In this document: in pieces, positions 35,398-50,000 of the stretch
Position numbering within the stretch: the stretch's first letter is position 1
Layout of the letters: every line of letters begins with the position of its first letter
DNA from: Gnetum montanum
Lineage: Eukaryota; Plantae; Gnetophyta
Assembly (NCBI GenBank): GCA_015680685.1
Contig: MNCI01001443.1
Span: forward strand, 111,630-175,629
DNA length: 64,000 nt
Reading direction: 5' to 3'
Notes under the pieces: model-generated
Told to the model about the DNA's origin: nothing
The model's input: only the letters and a program-made list of their open reading frames with translations
Databases searched by the model: none
Program-made: the position numbers and the translations under genes

Positions 35398-38300
35398 ATG
35401 GCCACCAACTAGAAATCCAACCACATCTGTGACCTTAAGGAACTAATTATGATGGAGTGTAGATAGTTCCTTAGGCATTTGGAATGTGATCTTATGCATG
35501 CAACACTTACCCAAGATTATTATAACTTTATCTTTACAAAGATTCAAGCTATTCTTCACATCTCATGAAAATAATTAGACTCCAAGTACGAATTTGATAT
35601 TATCTACAAGAGTTGGAAGGAAATATGATAGAGCTCTCTAAAGCTTATGTTCACATGCTAGCTTAGCTAGTAGATGACAATGAGGAAATCATCACAAGTG
35701 AGGTGCCTAGACTAAAGTATGATCACGATGATCAATAGGAATTTGGAGGCTATTACAAAGATAATGTCCAAGGAGAGGAAAACTTGCAAACATTCATCCC
35801 CAAATTTATGATTAATTCCTTATACAATACAAAAGTAACACATGCCACTTCCTTAGGGTAAACTTCACAACCATTTCCCAAGTCTTCTCTATGTTCATGT
35901 CTCTCCCATTTACTACTTAACCTTACTCCACATAGCCACTACATAGTATGCCTTCCATGCCTTTCCCATTCATCATCTTAGTAGACCCTTCTTTAGGACC
36001 TCAAGTCCTACAAGCTTCTTTCATACCCTTTGTTCTCTTTATCCCATAAATCCTTGCACAAACATCCTTCTCCCTCTTTAACCCCTCTACAGTAATGACA
36101 ACAAGGCCTTTTCATATGATTTCATAACCTATCACCCAACCTCAAGTTATTTAACCACCTATTCATCTATCTATGCAACATGTATAACTTGTAGGAGTAC
36201 TTCAAAGATTGGATCAAGCTTTCAAGTTGATCCAAATCCTTATCGATAAGCTAACAAAGCTTGAGGCTAGCACAATGTAAATAGTGAAAGTCATGGACTT
36301 TTATCAAGATGACCCCATTAGTCCTAATGTCCCACAAATAACTCTTCCTATAGGTATATAAATGCTCCACTTCACTAAATATAATTGTAAAATTGATCCC
36401 AATCTTTACCTAATTACCTTCGATTTAGAATGGCTATTAGTATAGGATTTTCCCCACACTATGTTGCATGTCTCCTCTATGTCCTTGATTGGAAAAGATC
36501 TTGAATGGTACCAAGAACTACCCAAAGGATCTATTTCTTTCTTATATGACTTGATAAATCAATTTGTTAACCATTTCAAGTATAACTTAAAACCTAAAAC
36601 AATGCTCAATCAACTCATAAAAGTAAAATAGGGGCCTGCTGAAGCCATCCAAAAATTCATCCAAAGATGGAACGTCATGCTTAACAAGATACTTGAGTTC
36701 ATATTTGAGACACACCTCTTAGCAATCTTCAAGGGGGTAGTTAACAATCATATCAAGTCCAAGCTCTATTATTTAGATCTTTGGTTCCTACATTAAGCCT
36801 TTTCGCAAATTAAGAGCATAGAAGGTGCAACTAAAGCCAAGAAAAATCTTACATACATAACCTATAAGAATCAACACATTAAATAGGATAGGGATAATGC
36901 TAAACAATCACATGTATCTATGGCCACTATCATCAAAGAACAAAAATTACATAGGGGCCAAAAACTACACAACCTATGTCCCCTACCACTACTTCCCAAC
37001 CATTAACATTAGGTGCTTCCACATCTAATCTACCAAAGACTAACTTTAAGAGAAAAGATAGGCCTAAGTATATCAAGCTTCCTATGAAACCATTCAAGCT
37101 TCTTGATCAGTTTCTTAAGAGTAATCACATTCAATATAAGAAACTATTTGAGAATGCTCATAAGAGGCATGATTTCTTATGTGAGGTGGCTAAAGGTCCC
37201 ACTATAGCCACAAAAGATGATCCCCTATGTCTAACTACTTCAAGTTATATTGGTTCTACTACTATCATGAGATACCTAGCCATGTCACTAATTTCTTCTC
37301 AACCTTAAAAGATTATTTGCAAAAAATGATTAATAGTGAAGAGTTGGTTCTAGATGCATCTAATCTTGTTAGGTCTCAAAATCAGCAAATGTAGGTATAT
37401 AAAGATCCTCTCAACATGGGTAATGACTAGTTCATCATAGCAACCATTAATATACATGAAAAATATAAATTTTCTAGAGAGATATTTGTGGTTTGGGTAC
37501 CTCCTCATGATGATAGGCCTTCAACTTCTACAAGTTCAAGTACTTCTTTTGCCACAAGGATACCCACAAGTGTCTCCTAAAGAGCCATTTCTCATCAGAG
37601 TTCTCCTTCCCTTCACCAATAATCTCATGATCCAAGTTGATCAACATCCTCTTATGGTAGCTAATATCTCAACATATTCCTAACTAAATAACAAGAAATC
37701 ACATAAAAAATAATGCAATAAGCCATATTCTAAGCCTAAGACTAAGAACATTAATAAACCAAAGGTATGGAAGGATGTAGGTCCACCAAAGTCTACGTCA
37801 ATCTTAGTTATACTGAGGAATTTCAATGTTTAAACTATGTATACCAACCAGCCTAGAGAGGACAACCAAAAACAAGAAAATGGAAATGGACCAAAACAAA
37901 AATTGTTGAAACATAAGATCAAAATGTTGGGTAGCATGGATAAGGTCAAGGCCAATAAAACTAACAAGGTGTTCAACAATGATAAGAACTTCCTCTCCAT
38001 AATAGAGTGAGTTAAGTTCTTATTAATATAGAAAAAAACTTCATTGAGCTTATATGATTTGGTTATGACCTTCCTTGCCCACTATGAAGCACTAGTTAAG
38101 ATGATAACCTCTATTCGTGTGAACAAGGATATCCCAGCCAACAAGGAGTCTATCCATGTAGCGATAGTACCACCCTCATCCCAGGAAGAAACAAGGTTAA
38201 CCATCTTAACATTTCATTATAGTGAGATGAAACATAACCCTGAAAATAGTGAGGTATCTAGGGATCCTCTCTTTATAACTATTAGAGTTAGCCAATACAA

Positions 38301-38900
38301 GGCTCATCGAGTACACATAGATGATGGAACATCCACAAACATTATTTCCTATCCTATCATGAAGCACTTAGGCTTGGTCAAAAATATGTAGAAGACCTTC
38401 ACCTTCATCCTTAAGTATTATAATGTATCATAAGTAACTATGAGAGAATTGATCACATTAGCATTCATGGCTAGGAAACAATTCCTTACAGCTACTAATT
38501 TTCTTATGGTGAAAGAGATACCAAATTTCAACCTAATCATAGAAAGTCCTGAGTTAGCCAAACTATTAGTCTCTTTCATGATTGATCAATAAATCCACCT
38601 ATTTTAATAGGGAGGTGAGACCATAATCCATACAGATAGCAGCATCTCCTTATTTGTCAATAATATTGATGTAGACAAAGGGTTTGATCTGGAGTTTCAG
38701 GAAGAAACTCCCATAGTAAAAAATAAAGTTAAGAACTACAATAATATCAAACAAGCCAAAATCAACAATGTATGGATCACAAATGAAACATGGAAAGAAA
38801 TCCCATTCAACATTGTAAGTAAAGGTAATGGGGAGTACAAGATCGTGCAACAAAAATCATATAAATTCTTTAATCTTTCAAAGATTAGAAAATAGTTGCA
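35398..38900 (+). pseudogene. gag: gag-protease of copy D
   Basis: MDFYQDDPISP at ~36293, Gag core, ORF 36976-37308, protease ORF 38044-38391 (RVHIDDGTSTNII). Confidence 0.85.
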
Positions 38901-39287
38901 TGATTAAATGTGTTACTCATTTTTATTTTTTGTGTATATTTTAACTAGTAACTTTGTTTTTGTTTTTTTTTACATCTTTACGTTTTCACCTTATAATTTT
39001 TACTTTATTATATTATGTTTACTAGTTTTTCACATAGCCTTATTTTAGATTTTCCCATGTATTTATGATTTATGTTCACTGCTCCTATTCACAAAAAAAT
39101 CACAAAATTACATAAAAAATACAAATCATAAAATTACATAAAATTTTAAAAACTCAAAAAACCAAAAAATGTTTTAAAATCAAAGCATACAACAATAAAA
39201 AATAATACATAGTCTTCAATGCCATGATAGCAAAATAAAAATAATTAGAAAACCATAATACATAAACAATGTACAACATAGTCAAAA

Positions 39288-42200
39288 CTAAGATATAGAG
39301 GAAGGAGGAGGATCATCCTTAGCATTATCACTAATGCCATCATTACTATCACTTGGGGCCTATAGGTAATGAAATAGACAAATAGTTAGTGACCATAATG
39401 ACCAAGGAGCATATCTACAAAACAACAAAACATAAAACAAAATATAACATAAAAAACTTAAAAATTGTTTACAAAAACCTTAGGGAACTCTAGAGCAATG
39501 TCTTTGGGAGTGAAGTCCTAGAGGCTAGTCTTCAATTAGTGAAGAATTTATTCTTCACTCATGTTAGTCCAGTTGATTTCTTCCAAATCCACTCCCACTA
39601 AGATCTTTCTCCTCTTTACATCTATCCACTTAGGTGGAGAATGGGAAAGGTCTATTTTTGCAAATGTAGTACTAATTTGAGGAGTGGTAGACTCAATTAC
39701 CATCATGAATTCTACAAACATCTTAAAAATATCCTTCATGCCTATCCCCTACATAAATAGCTCATGTTTTTGCCATTCTATGACCTCCTCATGCAACAAC
39801 TTCAAGTGACTCTTTTTTTCCTTATATTGTAGTTTGTGTATATTTTGTTTCTTCCCCCACTTAAGCATCCAAGCATAATAATCTCTTCAATCCTTGGCTT
39901 TACAAATCAATAGCTTCATTTGTATGTCTTTTTTTATGTTTCTCCTAGCTATAGAAACTTTGCTCTAGATGGCACTATAGTAGTGTGACCACTCAATTTT
40001 ATTAGTGCACAAAGAGTCTCTAGGGGCTACAAAAGCCTCTACAAGCTCTTTGTAATCTTTGAGGCCCTTATTCTCATTTGATAACTTCTTAACCTGCATT
40101 TTCAAGGCCACAACCCTATCCTACAAAAACTCATTAGAGTGTTGGATCTCTCAAGTTGTCTTTGCACAAGACATAGTATACTTGGTAGCTCCTTCATACA
40201 ACCTTTGTGAAACATTTTCAAAATTAGGTGGTAGTCTAGGTAGATCATCAATGTCGATGTCATGCATAGAATCCCATCTAACTTTGGATACTAAAATAGA
40301 TAAAAACATAAGAAAAAAAATCAAAACATTTAAAAACTAGAAAACCATGTGGCCATAAAACATAAAAACATTAGAAAATATTAAATAATGTAAAACAAAA
40401 ATATTCTAACTTTTATTACCAATATTAGGGGCTATCTATTGTAACCTATCAATCATTTGATTTTCCATTTCATGCATAAATCCCAACTTGTCTAGGATCT
40501 CCACCCAAGGCTTGGAACAAAATGTAGATGTAGATGCTTCTAGAGAAAGCTCATGTATTGCAATGATATAACCATCAATACAATTTACAACAAAAACATA
40601 TAACATTTGAAAAAAAAAATGTTTACAACACCAAGATCTTACAAAGAAGATCGTACGACAAGTCCATTGGAGGGTTGTCTTCTAGAGGCAAATCACTTGG
40701 GATGAAATCCAAAATATTTAGCACTTCTTGAGATGTCCTTTCATCATCTTCCTTATGTTGTTGCTTTTTCTCCATAGTAACTTGGTCAGCCAACCTTTAT
40801 ATCTCCCCTACAGCCAATCAAAGCAAAAAATAGAACAAGTTAGTAAACATCTGTAGCAACAAAAATATAGTCAAAAATATAACCAAAGAAAACAAAATTC
40901 AAACTAAAATATAAATATAACCTTCAAAATTTTGGTTGATCTTCTTAAACTTAATTACTAGTTTCTTACATGTTGGTTGGTCAACAACAGGAACATACTC
41001 TTCAACTTATGGCCTTTTCATCTTTTCTTTGACAATGCCATTAGATTCTATGTATATCCTTTTGTTCCTTCTAGCATTACCATGTGTAGCATGGGTTTCT
41101 ATCCCCATGTAATCAGGTGAACAATAATGTACATCACTAAAATTCTTAGTGGTAATTGATAGTGACTCTCCAACCTCCTCCACAAGTAGATATTGGGCAT
41201 GAATAAATGGAATGATATGGTTGACCCAAGGTTTGAAAATTTGAAAGGCATAATAGGCCACCAACTTTCCATTACACCTAACCACTAAAAACTCTATGAA
41301 CCATCTAAGATATGCTACAAAGAATGTCCAATGCACATATATGGTATCAAGGTTATTGTGAAGCTTTTAGATCTCATCTTGTAACATAGTAATCAAGAAG
41401 GTAGTCCAATCAAACCTAGTATCATTAGTTAACACCCTCCTCATTGTCCAAGCCTACTAAATACATATTGTTCTCTTATGTAATAACAGCATGGGAAAAG
41501 ACTCTAGAATAGAAAAGGGGATTCTGTTGGATAATAGTAGGAGCCTTGTTTTCCAACCATTCTTGTGATGAGTCTACTTCATCCCACTTAAGCTAAATCT
41601 TCTCCTCAGCATGACCTGAAATAGTCATGAAAATAATAGAATCATGTACACAATTTGCAAAAAAACATAGGTAGACCATTAGCCTCTCACACCGTAGACA
41701 ATCCAAAGCCATAAAATCCTACAAAAAATTAAAAAAACTAGAAAACAAAAAATGTTAACCATGCTTAGAAAAATTTCACTTACTAGCTTTAGACAAAGCA
41801 TAAAATTTAGGATCAGTGAGTACATGTGCTCCTAAGTCTTTGTAGGTTCATCATCTATGTGCATGATTGGTAGCTAAACTCATTTGATATACATGAGAAT
41901 ATCATGCACAATATCTTCCATACTCATCCTTTAGTTGATCAAGCACTCGCATCCTCATAACCTTACCTTTCTTGAACTATTCCAAGGCTATACAAGCCAC
42001 AGATAGGATTTGGTTATATTTCACCAATCCCTTGGTATGTACCTTATACTTTCAAAAATAAAACATCAAAGAAATTAGAACCAAACAACCTTGTAGGTAA
42101 AAAATAATAAAGATATCAAGCTGGAACCAAACTTATGGTTCTAGTAGGTAGATAGTTGCTAGAGAATTTTGGAAGAGTGTGTTTATCCTATGGCCTATCA

Positions 42201-42296
42201 TTAAGGTATTGTTAACATTCTACTATGAATACATAGGAATTTCCTAGATCTGGGATATATATCTAACCCCAACTAAGTATGAGCTTCTTTTATGCT
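39288..42296 (-). pseudogene. Antisense multi-exon accessory gene of copy D (5' truncated)
   Basis: ORFs 41007-41336 and 39548-39739 are homologous to the other copies. Last intron 39360-39478. Last exon APSDSNDG...* begins like copy A's. Confidence 0.75.
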
Positions 42297-43390
42297 CTAT
42301 GAGGAAGTAGCACCAACAATTAAGCAACCCTTGAAGAGGAGACTTGTTATTAGACTCAAATAGGCATGCAACATGGTTATAAGTATGTTTTAGTTTGTTT
42401 TAATTTTAAGTTGTTTTGCATTGTTATGTTTTATGTTATAAGGCTATATCATTATTTATTTTTAAGCAAGATATGCTAAGTTATATTACATTTTTCTATT
42501 GTTGTTCTTGTAGGTAAGAAACAAGAGTTGGTGACCTAAGCACCAACAACATAGGTAGAGAAAAAATGCCTAGATGATGCTCCAGGTATGTATGCCTCTT
42601 GCTTCATATGTTTGAGTTTTATTATTTTACTTTAAGCTTGGTCTTGATCATTTGTTAATTGTTATGATTGCCATAGTTCATGAGCTTGAGGAAATTATCT
42701 CAACCTCCATGTTACACATGAAGCCATAGGTAGACACTCCTAATAAGAGGGAATTTATGTAGGAAATGAACAAGGACATTAATGATCAGTTGTAATAGGT
42801 TGCTTCCATTGTTGGTAAGAACCTAGATGATATTCAACTCTTAGTATTTTTTGTTTTATAGATATATTTATTTTATCCATTTTTTGTTCATTATTTCTTG
42901 GTTATTTGATTATTTATTTGTTTCCCATATCTCTTTTTTATGTTATTTCTAATGCCTAAGTTTGAATGGGATCCTAATAACCTCATTGAGATTGATGCAC
43001 CACCCAACTTGCCCTCAAATGTAGAGAATGTTCCATGAAAGTTGTATGAAAGTGCCACTAAATGTCCATTTTGATGCCCTAAAACTTCATGGGAAACCCA
43101 ACATTCCAATGAGTTCCTATGGGATGGAGTTGTAGTGTTGAAAAGAGAAAACAAAAAGCTAGTTGAGGCAAATAGAAATCTCAAAGATTGTAAGGAATTT
43201 GTGGAGGTCCAAGTGCCCAACTAGAGTTCCTTGAGAACTAAAGAGATCAAATGGATGAGGTACTAGAATTCCATCCATGACAAGGTTATCCTTTCTAGAG
43301 AGGTTGCTAAGTAGAAGCTTTAGATGGACTTACTGGTACATAAGGCTACAAAGTAGAGAGACTACTATGCCTAGGTTCTTAAGTCGGGAT
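42297..43390 (+). pseudogene. Antisense accessory gene of copy F, left part (interrupted by copy E)
   Basis: Collinear with B ~18940-20160, with introns at the same sites (~42379-42513, 42586-42677, 42815-). Resumes at 63037. Confidence 0.8.
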
Positions 43391-45281
43391 TGTGACATCT
43401 AAAAACGTCAGTGGCTAGAACACCGAGAGGTCTATAGGTGTATAAACTAACCCTGAATCCATATGAGGGCTATGCTAGGAGAAATAGAAATGAGGTTCCC
43501 TCAAGGGTCTGGTCGATTAGACATGGACTTGTGTGGGCTAACAATAACCTTTTATAAAAAGAGATTTTAATGAGCCTCGTGTGAGAGCTGAGACAATGAT
43601 CAAGAACATAATGTAACATAACATGAATATGCAAATGTATATTAACAATAAAATAAAGCACAAGAGTAAGGCTGAGAACTTTAAAACAAATGCTGAGAAT
43701 ATAGAACTAGAGTTTGAGGGTGGAAAAATGCACTTCCTAAAGGTCGGGGAGCGCAACTTTTGATTGAATAATGTTTGAAGCTAGTACACAACATCAGATA
43801 GGAACAATGGTAGTGTAGTAGTGTGGTCACAGTATTTGGGATGTCATAAACATAGTGTTGGTAGCTGCAAAGGAGGCTAAACCTACTAGGTTTTTGGTCA
43901 TCATGTTGTGTGGGTGCAAGGAAGACTATGTCACAGTACCTAGCAAGATGTCAAGCTCAAGGGCTCAAGTGTGGGAGTAGTGAAGATCCTAGGAGTGTTC
44001 TAATGCTTGATGCTTAAAATATTTTTCTAACCAACCACTAAAATGCTAATAATCAGGGTATTTATAGGGCTAGGGTTAATGTGATATGTGGACTAGATGC
44101 CATGTGGAATGGGTCCCACGTAGCACAGATGTGGACAAGTCACGCTAACATGTTACACTCAAAATGTTACACTTTGAATGTTAAGCTCAAAGTGTTACGC
44201 TTTGTAGGATAGAAATGGGAACTTAAGAACTACCAAACTGTGACCACACCACCCAGACTGCAATGTGCCAGAGTTTGATAGATCGCCATGTACCTACAAA
44301 TAATGCCAAAACAAATGCAACTTGGAGTCTACACTCTGGGACTACATCTTTTTCCTCTTCCGAGAAGGGTCAGGAATAGGGACAATTTTGGGGATCAATG
44401 AGGGGTGCAAAAGCAAGGGAAACTACTGATCTTGGCTGCCAAAGGGACATCAAAACTAAAATGAAGGTTGATGTTAAGTTTTGGAAGCTTTTGGAGGCTT
44501 TCACAGGCATTTTCCATGTGTCATGCTATCTATGCTACACAGCATGATAAAGCGTAGCATGAACACTTAGAAAATTTTTTGCAAATTTTGACTTGTCACG
44601 TTGTCTACACTACATAACATAGCAAAGCATAGCACTAGTGCTTTGTCAATTTTTGATGAAACTTGCAATGTTTCTTCATGGCACACTGACCACACTCTAG
44701 GTTGTAGCAAGATAGGTAGCCTCAAAAGTTAAAAAATTGCCAAATGCATCTTCCATGTCTAGATAGCTTAACAAATCCTTGTCCAACACTTAGAAAAAAT
44801 TTGGCCTTGAAACTTGTCAAGTTGGCTACACTGTGTAATGTAAAAGAGCATGACATTCCCAAAAGATAAAAAATTTGCCAAACTGTTTCATCCATCTTAA
44901 GAATTTTTGACAGACTCTAGCTTGATGCCTAGGTGAACTGGCAACCAGGAGATGTGTTAAGCTGAGCAAGCTAGAGAGCATAGCGAGCTTGACAGTTCAA
45001 GATAGAAAATTTACCAAATTATTTGTTTCATCCCAAGAAAACCTTGACTGCTTCTAGCTTGATATTTGTGTAGATTGGTCAGGGAAGTGTGTGCTACATT
45101 GGCTATGCTATGGAGTGTAGTAGGCAGACTTAGAAAAATTTTGTGAAAATTAGGACTTCAAGTGCGCTACACTATCTACGCTACATAGTGTGACACCAAA
45201 CTTAAAAAAATCTTGCCCAAAATTTGATACCTAGAAAAAAATGCCATTGATTTGTAGGAGCTCCAAATTGGTGGTGTTTCA
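43391..45281 (-). repeat. 3' LTR of copy E
   Basis: TG...CA termini. Aligns along its length with 61175-63031 (roughly 80% by eye, mostly transitions). Confidence 0.95.
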
Positions 45282-45282
45282 T

Positions 45283-45296
45283 TGGCCCCACTTTGT
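45283..45296 (-). other. Polypurine tract of copy E
   Basis: Minus strand AAAGTGGGGC(CAA) immediately before the 3' LTR TGAAAC. Confidence 0.65.
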
Positions 45297-46829
45297 TGAT
45301 GTCTGGAGGATTGACCTAAGAGATTTTGACAAAGAATACAAAGCATCATAATGAACATGACACCAACACCATTCATTAGTGCCCACTTGGACAACACTTT
45401 ATGATGCTTGAGAGTGCAAAGGAAATGATGTGTGATAGGGAATAGTTTAGGGAGATGGGTGAAGGAACAATGGATGGATAGGACAACTATGGGATGCAAC
45501 ATCATGATGGTTTGTTACCATAGCATGATCCCTCATTGGTGTGCTTATGAGGGAGTCAACATGCAAAGATGGCTTACCCTTTGAATTTCAACCTCTCATC
45601 AGAGTGCTTGTTAGATGGTTAATCTAGGGCCTACCTATTTATGAGACAATAATTATGCCATTTGACTTAGGCACTAGGCTTGTCCCATTTTCTCTTCTTC
45701 TTTATCTTATTCTTCTTCTTATATATATCCCTTTGTTTTTTTTCTTTCTTTTGTTTCACTTTTTCTTCCTTTTATGTTACCAGGCGAATTGTGTGCCAAA
45801 ATTTTCTTAGAGGCAGTTACATCACATCTGTAGGATAGGTGTTTCCTCCTTGGGATGAGTTATGTTACATTTTTTTGGGGAATCGACCAAACCATAAAGG
45901 TTCCCCCATGAGATGAATTGCATTATGTCTGTCATGGGTTCAGTGGCTAATTGTAGGAAAGGTTTCATATGCAATGGAGAAGATTGCAAGGGATGTAGGA
46001 GATTGCAAGATCAAGAGGTAGAGGTTAGTTTGGCCAAGGGGATAGTAGGGATGTGCACTCTTAAGTAGCTAGGTGAGCTAAAGAAAATGCATCAAAACAA
46101 TGTGGTGCCTTACCATCATGATGAAACACACCCTTGAATGGTGATGCCCAGGCTTCTTGCTACAAATGAAACATAGAGAAAATAAGAAAAATAACCACCA
46201 CATGAGACAAGGGGGATGTCCTACTTTCGAGGGGCATTGCAAGGGCTATGAGTGCTACATCAATTGTGTGCAATGTCTAAAGTAGGAAGGCCAATGTAGG
46301 TGTTGGTGGTGGTAGGCTAGAAAGCTCTAGCAACCACACCATAAGTGAGCACTCTAGTGGCTAGAGGCAATGGTGATGTAAGTGCTCATAAGTTCTCACC
46401 AAAGGTAGGAGCTAGAAAACCTAGCAACATGGTATAGAATTGCATTATTGGATGTTCTTCTAGGCTTAGGTGATGGTGAGGGTTGGAGTATGGTAGTGCT
46501 ATGGCTAGGTCATAGTATTGTTGGGACTCTAACAAGTGCTACTGATGGTAGAAGCTATGACCAGAATGATTAAAATATTAGTAATATGACAAATGACATC
46601 TCTAAAAGATTAGCAAGATCCTAGGGATATTGTGTTGTAAATTTCCTAGAAGGTTTTTCCTTGATGATGTGAACTTCATTTTGGAATTTCAATGACCCAC
46701 CCCATCCTACCTGAGAGGTGTGGGCAAGTGATAGAAGATTGGAAGTATTCTTGCTTGCTTATCCATAGAACTGTGTGTTGACCTATAGGTGCTAAACTAC
46801 AAACCCAATTTTAGGTGTTGGTAGACTAC

Positions 46830-47045
46830 CTATTATGCTAGTTTAAGGTCCCAAAAGATTATGATCCTAGTTTAATGTTTGGGTGGACCATGATGTGCTA
46901 GTTTAAGGTCCTAGTAGATGACTATGCTAGTTTGACATCGTAGTGGTTGGTGGATGGTCAGTTTAAGGTCGTAATGTACCATGCTGTGGATGCTAGTATA
47001 ATGTCATAGCCCAAGGATATTCTGTGCGAGTTTAACATTATAGTA
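46830..47045. repeat. Degenerate array of GCTAGTTTAAGGTC units after the integrase stop
   Basis: About 6 units of ~30-40 bp, with the same core as the post-protease arrays. Confidence 0.7.
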
Positions 47046-47089
47046 GACATTTTCTTACCTTCCTCCTATCGTTTGTGTGATACTACATG

Positions 47090-50000
47090 TCAGGTGTAGT
47101 ATGGCTTCAAGTATGAGTGGTTAATAGGATTGGTAAACTCATTTCCATCTAGATCAATGAGCTTGAAGGCTCCATTATTGTACATCTTAGTAACCAAAAA
47201 AGGCCCTTCCCAATTAGCTAAGAATTTTTCTGCTAGCTCAAAAACAACCTTGAGGACCAGGTCCCCTTTCTTTGATTGGGCACTAATGCTAATTATGATG
47301 GTGCTTTTTCCATTGCTTCTTTTGATACCCACTCGATGTGATCAAGTGTTTGCATGTGCTTGTCCTCTATAGAGTTGAGGTCGATGGTCCTCAACTCATT
47401 GTTTTGATCCTCATCAATGAAGCTTGAGAGGATCATGTAGAGTGATGGGACCTACAATTCAAGAGGTAACATTGCTTTAGATTCATACACAAGACTATAT
47501 GGCATTTTAGCTATCGCATTTTTGCATATTGTGCGGTAGGCTCATAGTGCGTAAACTAATTGTTCGTGCCATCATCACTTGATATTCTTAAGAATCCTCT
47601 TTAGAAGGTTGACAATAACCTTATTTGTGGCCTTCACTTGACCATTCAGCTACAGGTAGTATGACAACAAGAAGGAATTTTTAATGCCAAGGTTCTCACA
47701 GAAGGCTTTGGTTTCTACACTACTTAAATTATGACCCATTATCTATGACTATAGTCATGGGGAGACCAAATCAAGTCACTATGATGTCAAGAATGAATTT
47801 GCAAAATTACTATAATGTTGTCTTCCTAAGGGAAATAGCTTCAACCCACTTTGTAAAATAATCAGTTACAGTAATGATGAAGCTATGTCTTGCAGAAGAC
47901 TTAGGCATTACAGGCCCTATGATGCCCAACCCCCAACATTGGAATGGCCATGTGATCTGTGTAGTATGCAATTTAGTTGGTGGCACATGCACTAGGTTCT
48001 CATGTTGCTGACACATGTCACATGTCTTGACCTTGGAGATGCAATTGTGCTCCATGTAAGGCCAGTAATAGCCTAGACATCTAATTTTTGCCACCATTGC
48101 CCTAGTAGCTATATGACCCTCACATAGGCCTTCATGGACTTAGTTAATGATCATTTGTGCTTCACTGCTGCTAATGTAAGTTAATAGTATTTTTTCATAG
48201 GATTTGTGACATAAGGTATTATCACCTACAAGGACATATCATTTTGATCATTTTGTACTATGTCCTTTTGGGTAGATGTTAGATTTTGTGAGGGCTCTAC
48301 CTATTGGAGGTATGACATAATATTTTCATACCAGTCCTAGGCGTGAGTAGTACTTTTAGATGCAATGATTATTATATGAATTATAGGTTCAGTGCAATTC
48401 ACTATTGAAGTGGACAAAGTGGAAAACATGTTTAGCACTATGATTAAGGCTAAAGTAGCTAGTGCATTAGCTATGACATTTTCAGTGTGGGGTATATGTT
48501 GGACATATATGGTTGCAAATTGTTCAAGCAAGTTCTTTGCCAAATCATAGTAAGTTTGTAGATGTTGTGTCCTACAAGCGTAAACCTTTATGACTTGGTT
48601 AATAACTAGCTAGGAATCACCTCAGACTACTATGTTTTTAATTCCTAACTCTTGAGCTACTAAGATTCCTCTAAGGAGACCTTCATACACCACTACATTG
48701 TTTGTACAAGGAAATGCAAAGTGCTATGCGAAGGATCAAAAATCCTTTGAGGGGAATGTGATAATGATAGTGGCACTACCACCTTGTGTGGTAGAAGCAT
48801 TGTCAAAGTGTAACATAGCCTCAAAATTTACAGGTACCTAACTTATGTTGCTAACATGCTCATCTAGAAATTCCAAATCTACCATTGCTTGATCATCTAT
48901 GGGTAAAGCTGTGAGTTGTGCAGCTATTACTTGACCTCTTATAGATGCCTATGCTATGTAATGTAGGTCAAACTCCATGGTTATTTCCTTCTACCTTTCT
49001 ATTCTACTACTTTCATATATGTTTGTTGTAGTAGCCCTAAGTATGTTTCTCTTGCAAATGACATTAACTTGACTACAGAAAAGGTAGTGTCTCCATTTTG
49101 TAAGAAAAAAAGACTAATACTAGATAGTTCTTATCCACATCGTTATATTTTACCTCGTGTGCTACTAATGCATGGCTTAAGTAGTAAACAAGGACATCAA
49201 AGCCATCATCTCACTTTTGGCAAAGTAAGGAAGCAATGGATGTGTCTGAGGTTGCAAGGTAATTGTAGGAAGGTTTATCTCTTTATGGAGGGTAGACTAT
49301 TGGAAGTTGAGCTAGCTCCTTTTTTAAGTTTTCAAATGCCTCTTGGCCTTAATCTATCCACTCAAAGTTGATCCCTTTTTTAAGTAGATGTTGCATTGGC
49401 TGCAACTTATTAGTCAACCTTGCGATAAAATTATGTATGAATTGTATCCTATCTTGTAACTTTCATAACAGCTTAATGTTCGTTGGTGACAACCTTAACC
49501 TTGTTGGGGTCTATACATATTCCTACTTATGATACCATAAAGACTCAAATGTAACTAGTTTTAATGCCAAAGACACACTTTTTGGGATTAAGCTTAAGGT
49601 CATATCTAAGGCAACATTTGATGACATATTTTAAGTCATCTACATGGTCACAAGCCACTTTGGACTTAATTTCTATGTCTTCAACGTAGTTATTGAGCAA
49701 GTCTAATAGATAGTCACTAAAGATGTATGTCATTGCATGTTGATATGTTGCTCCTATGTTCTTTAGTTCAAAGGACATCATTATATAATAAAAGGTGCCT
49801 AGGGGGTCATGAAAGTAGTGTTAAGCTAGTGCTCTAGGTTGATGTGAATTTGGTTGTACCCTAAGAACCCATCCATGAAGGAAAATAAGGCATGGCTAGT
49901 CATACTATCAATGAGTTGGTCAATACTAGGCAACGAAAAATCATCTTTAATGATCACCTTGTTTAGGTCCCAAAAGTCTATGCAAATGCATATATTTCTA

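Larger units (their letters stand above)
33432..42296 (+). mobile_element. Tat-lineage LTR retrotransposon copy D (truncated within the antisense gene)
   Basis: LTR 33432-34579, PBS 34585-34601, gag-pro ~35398-38900, antisense gene on the minus strand. Confidence 0.85.
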
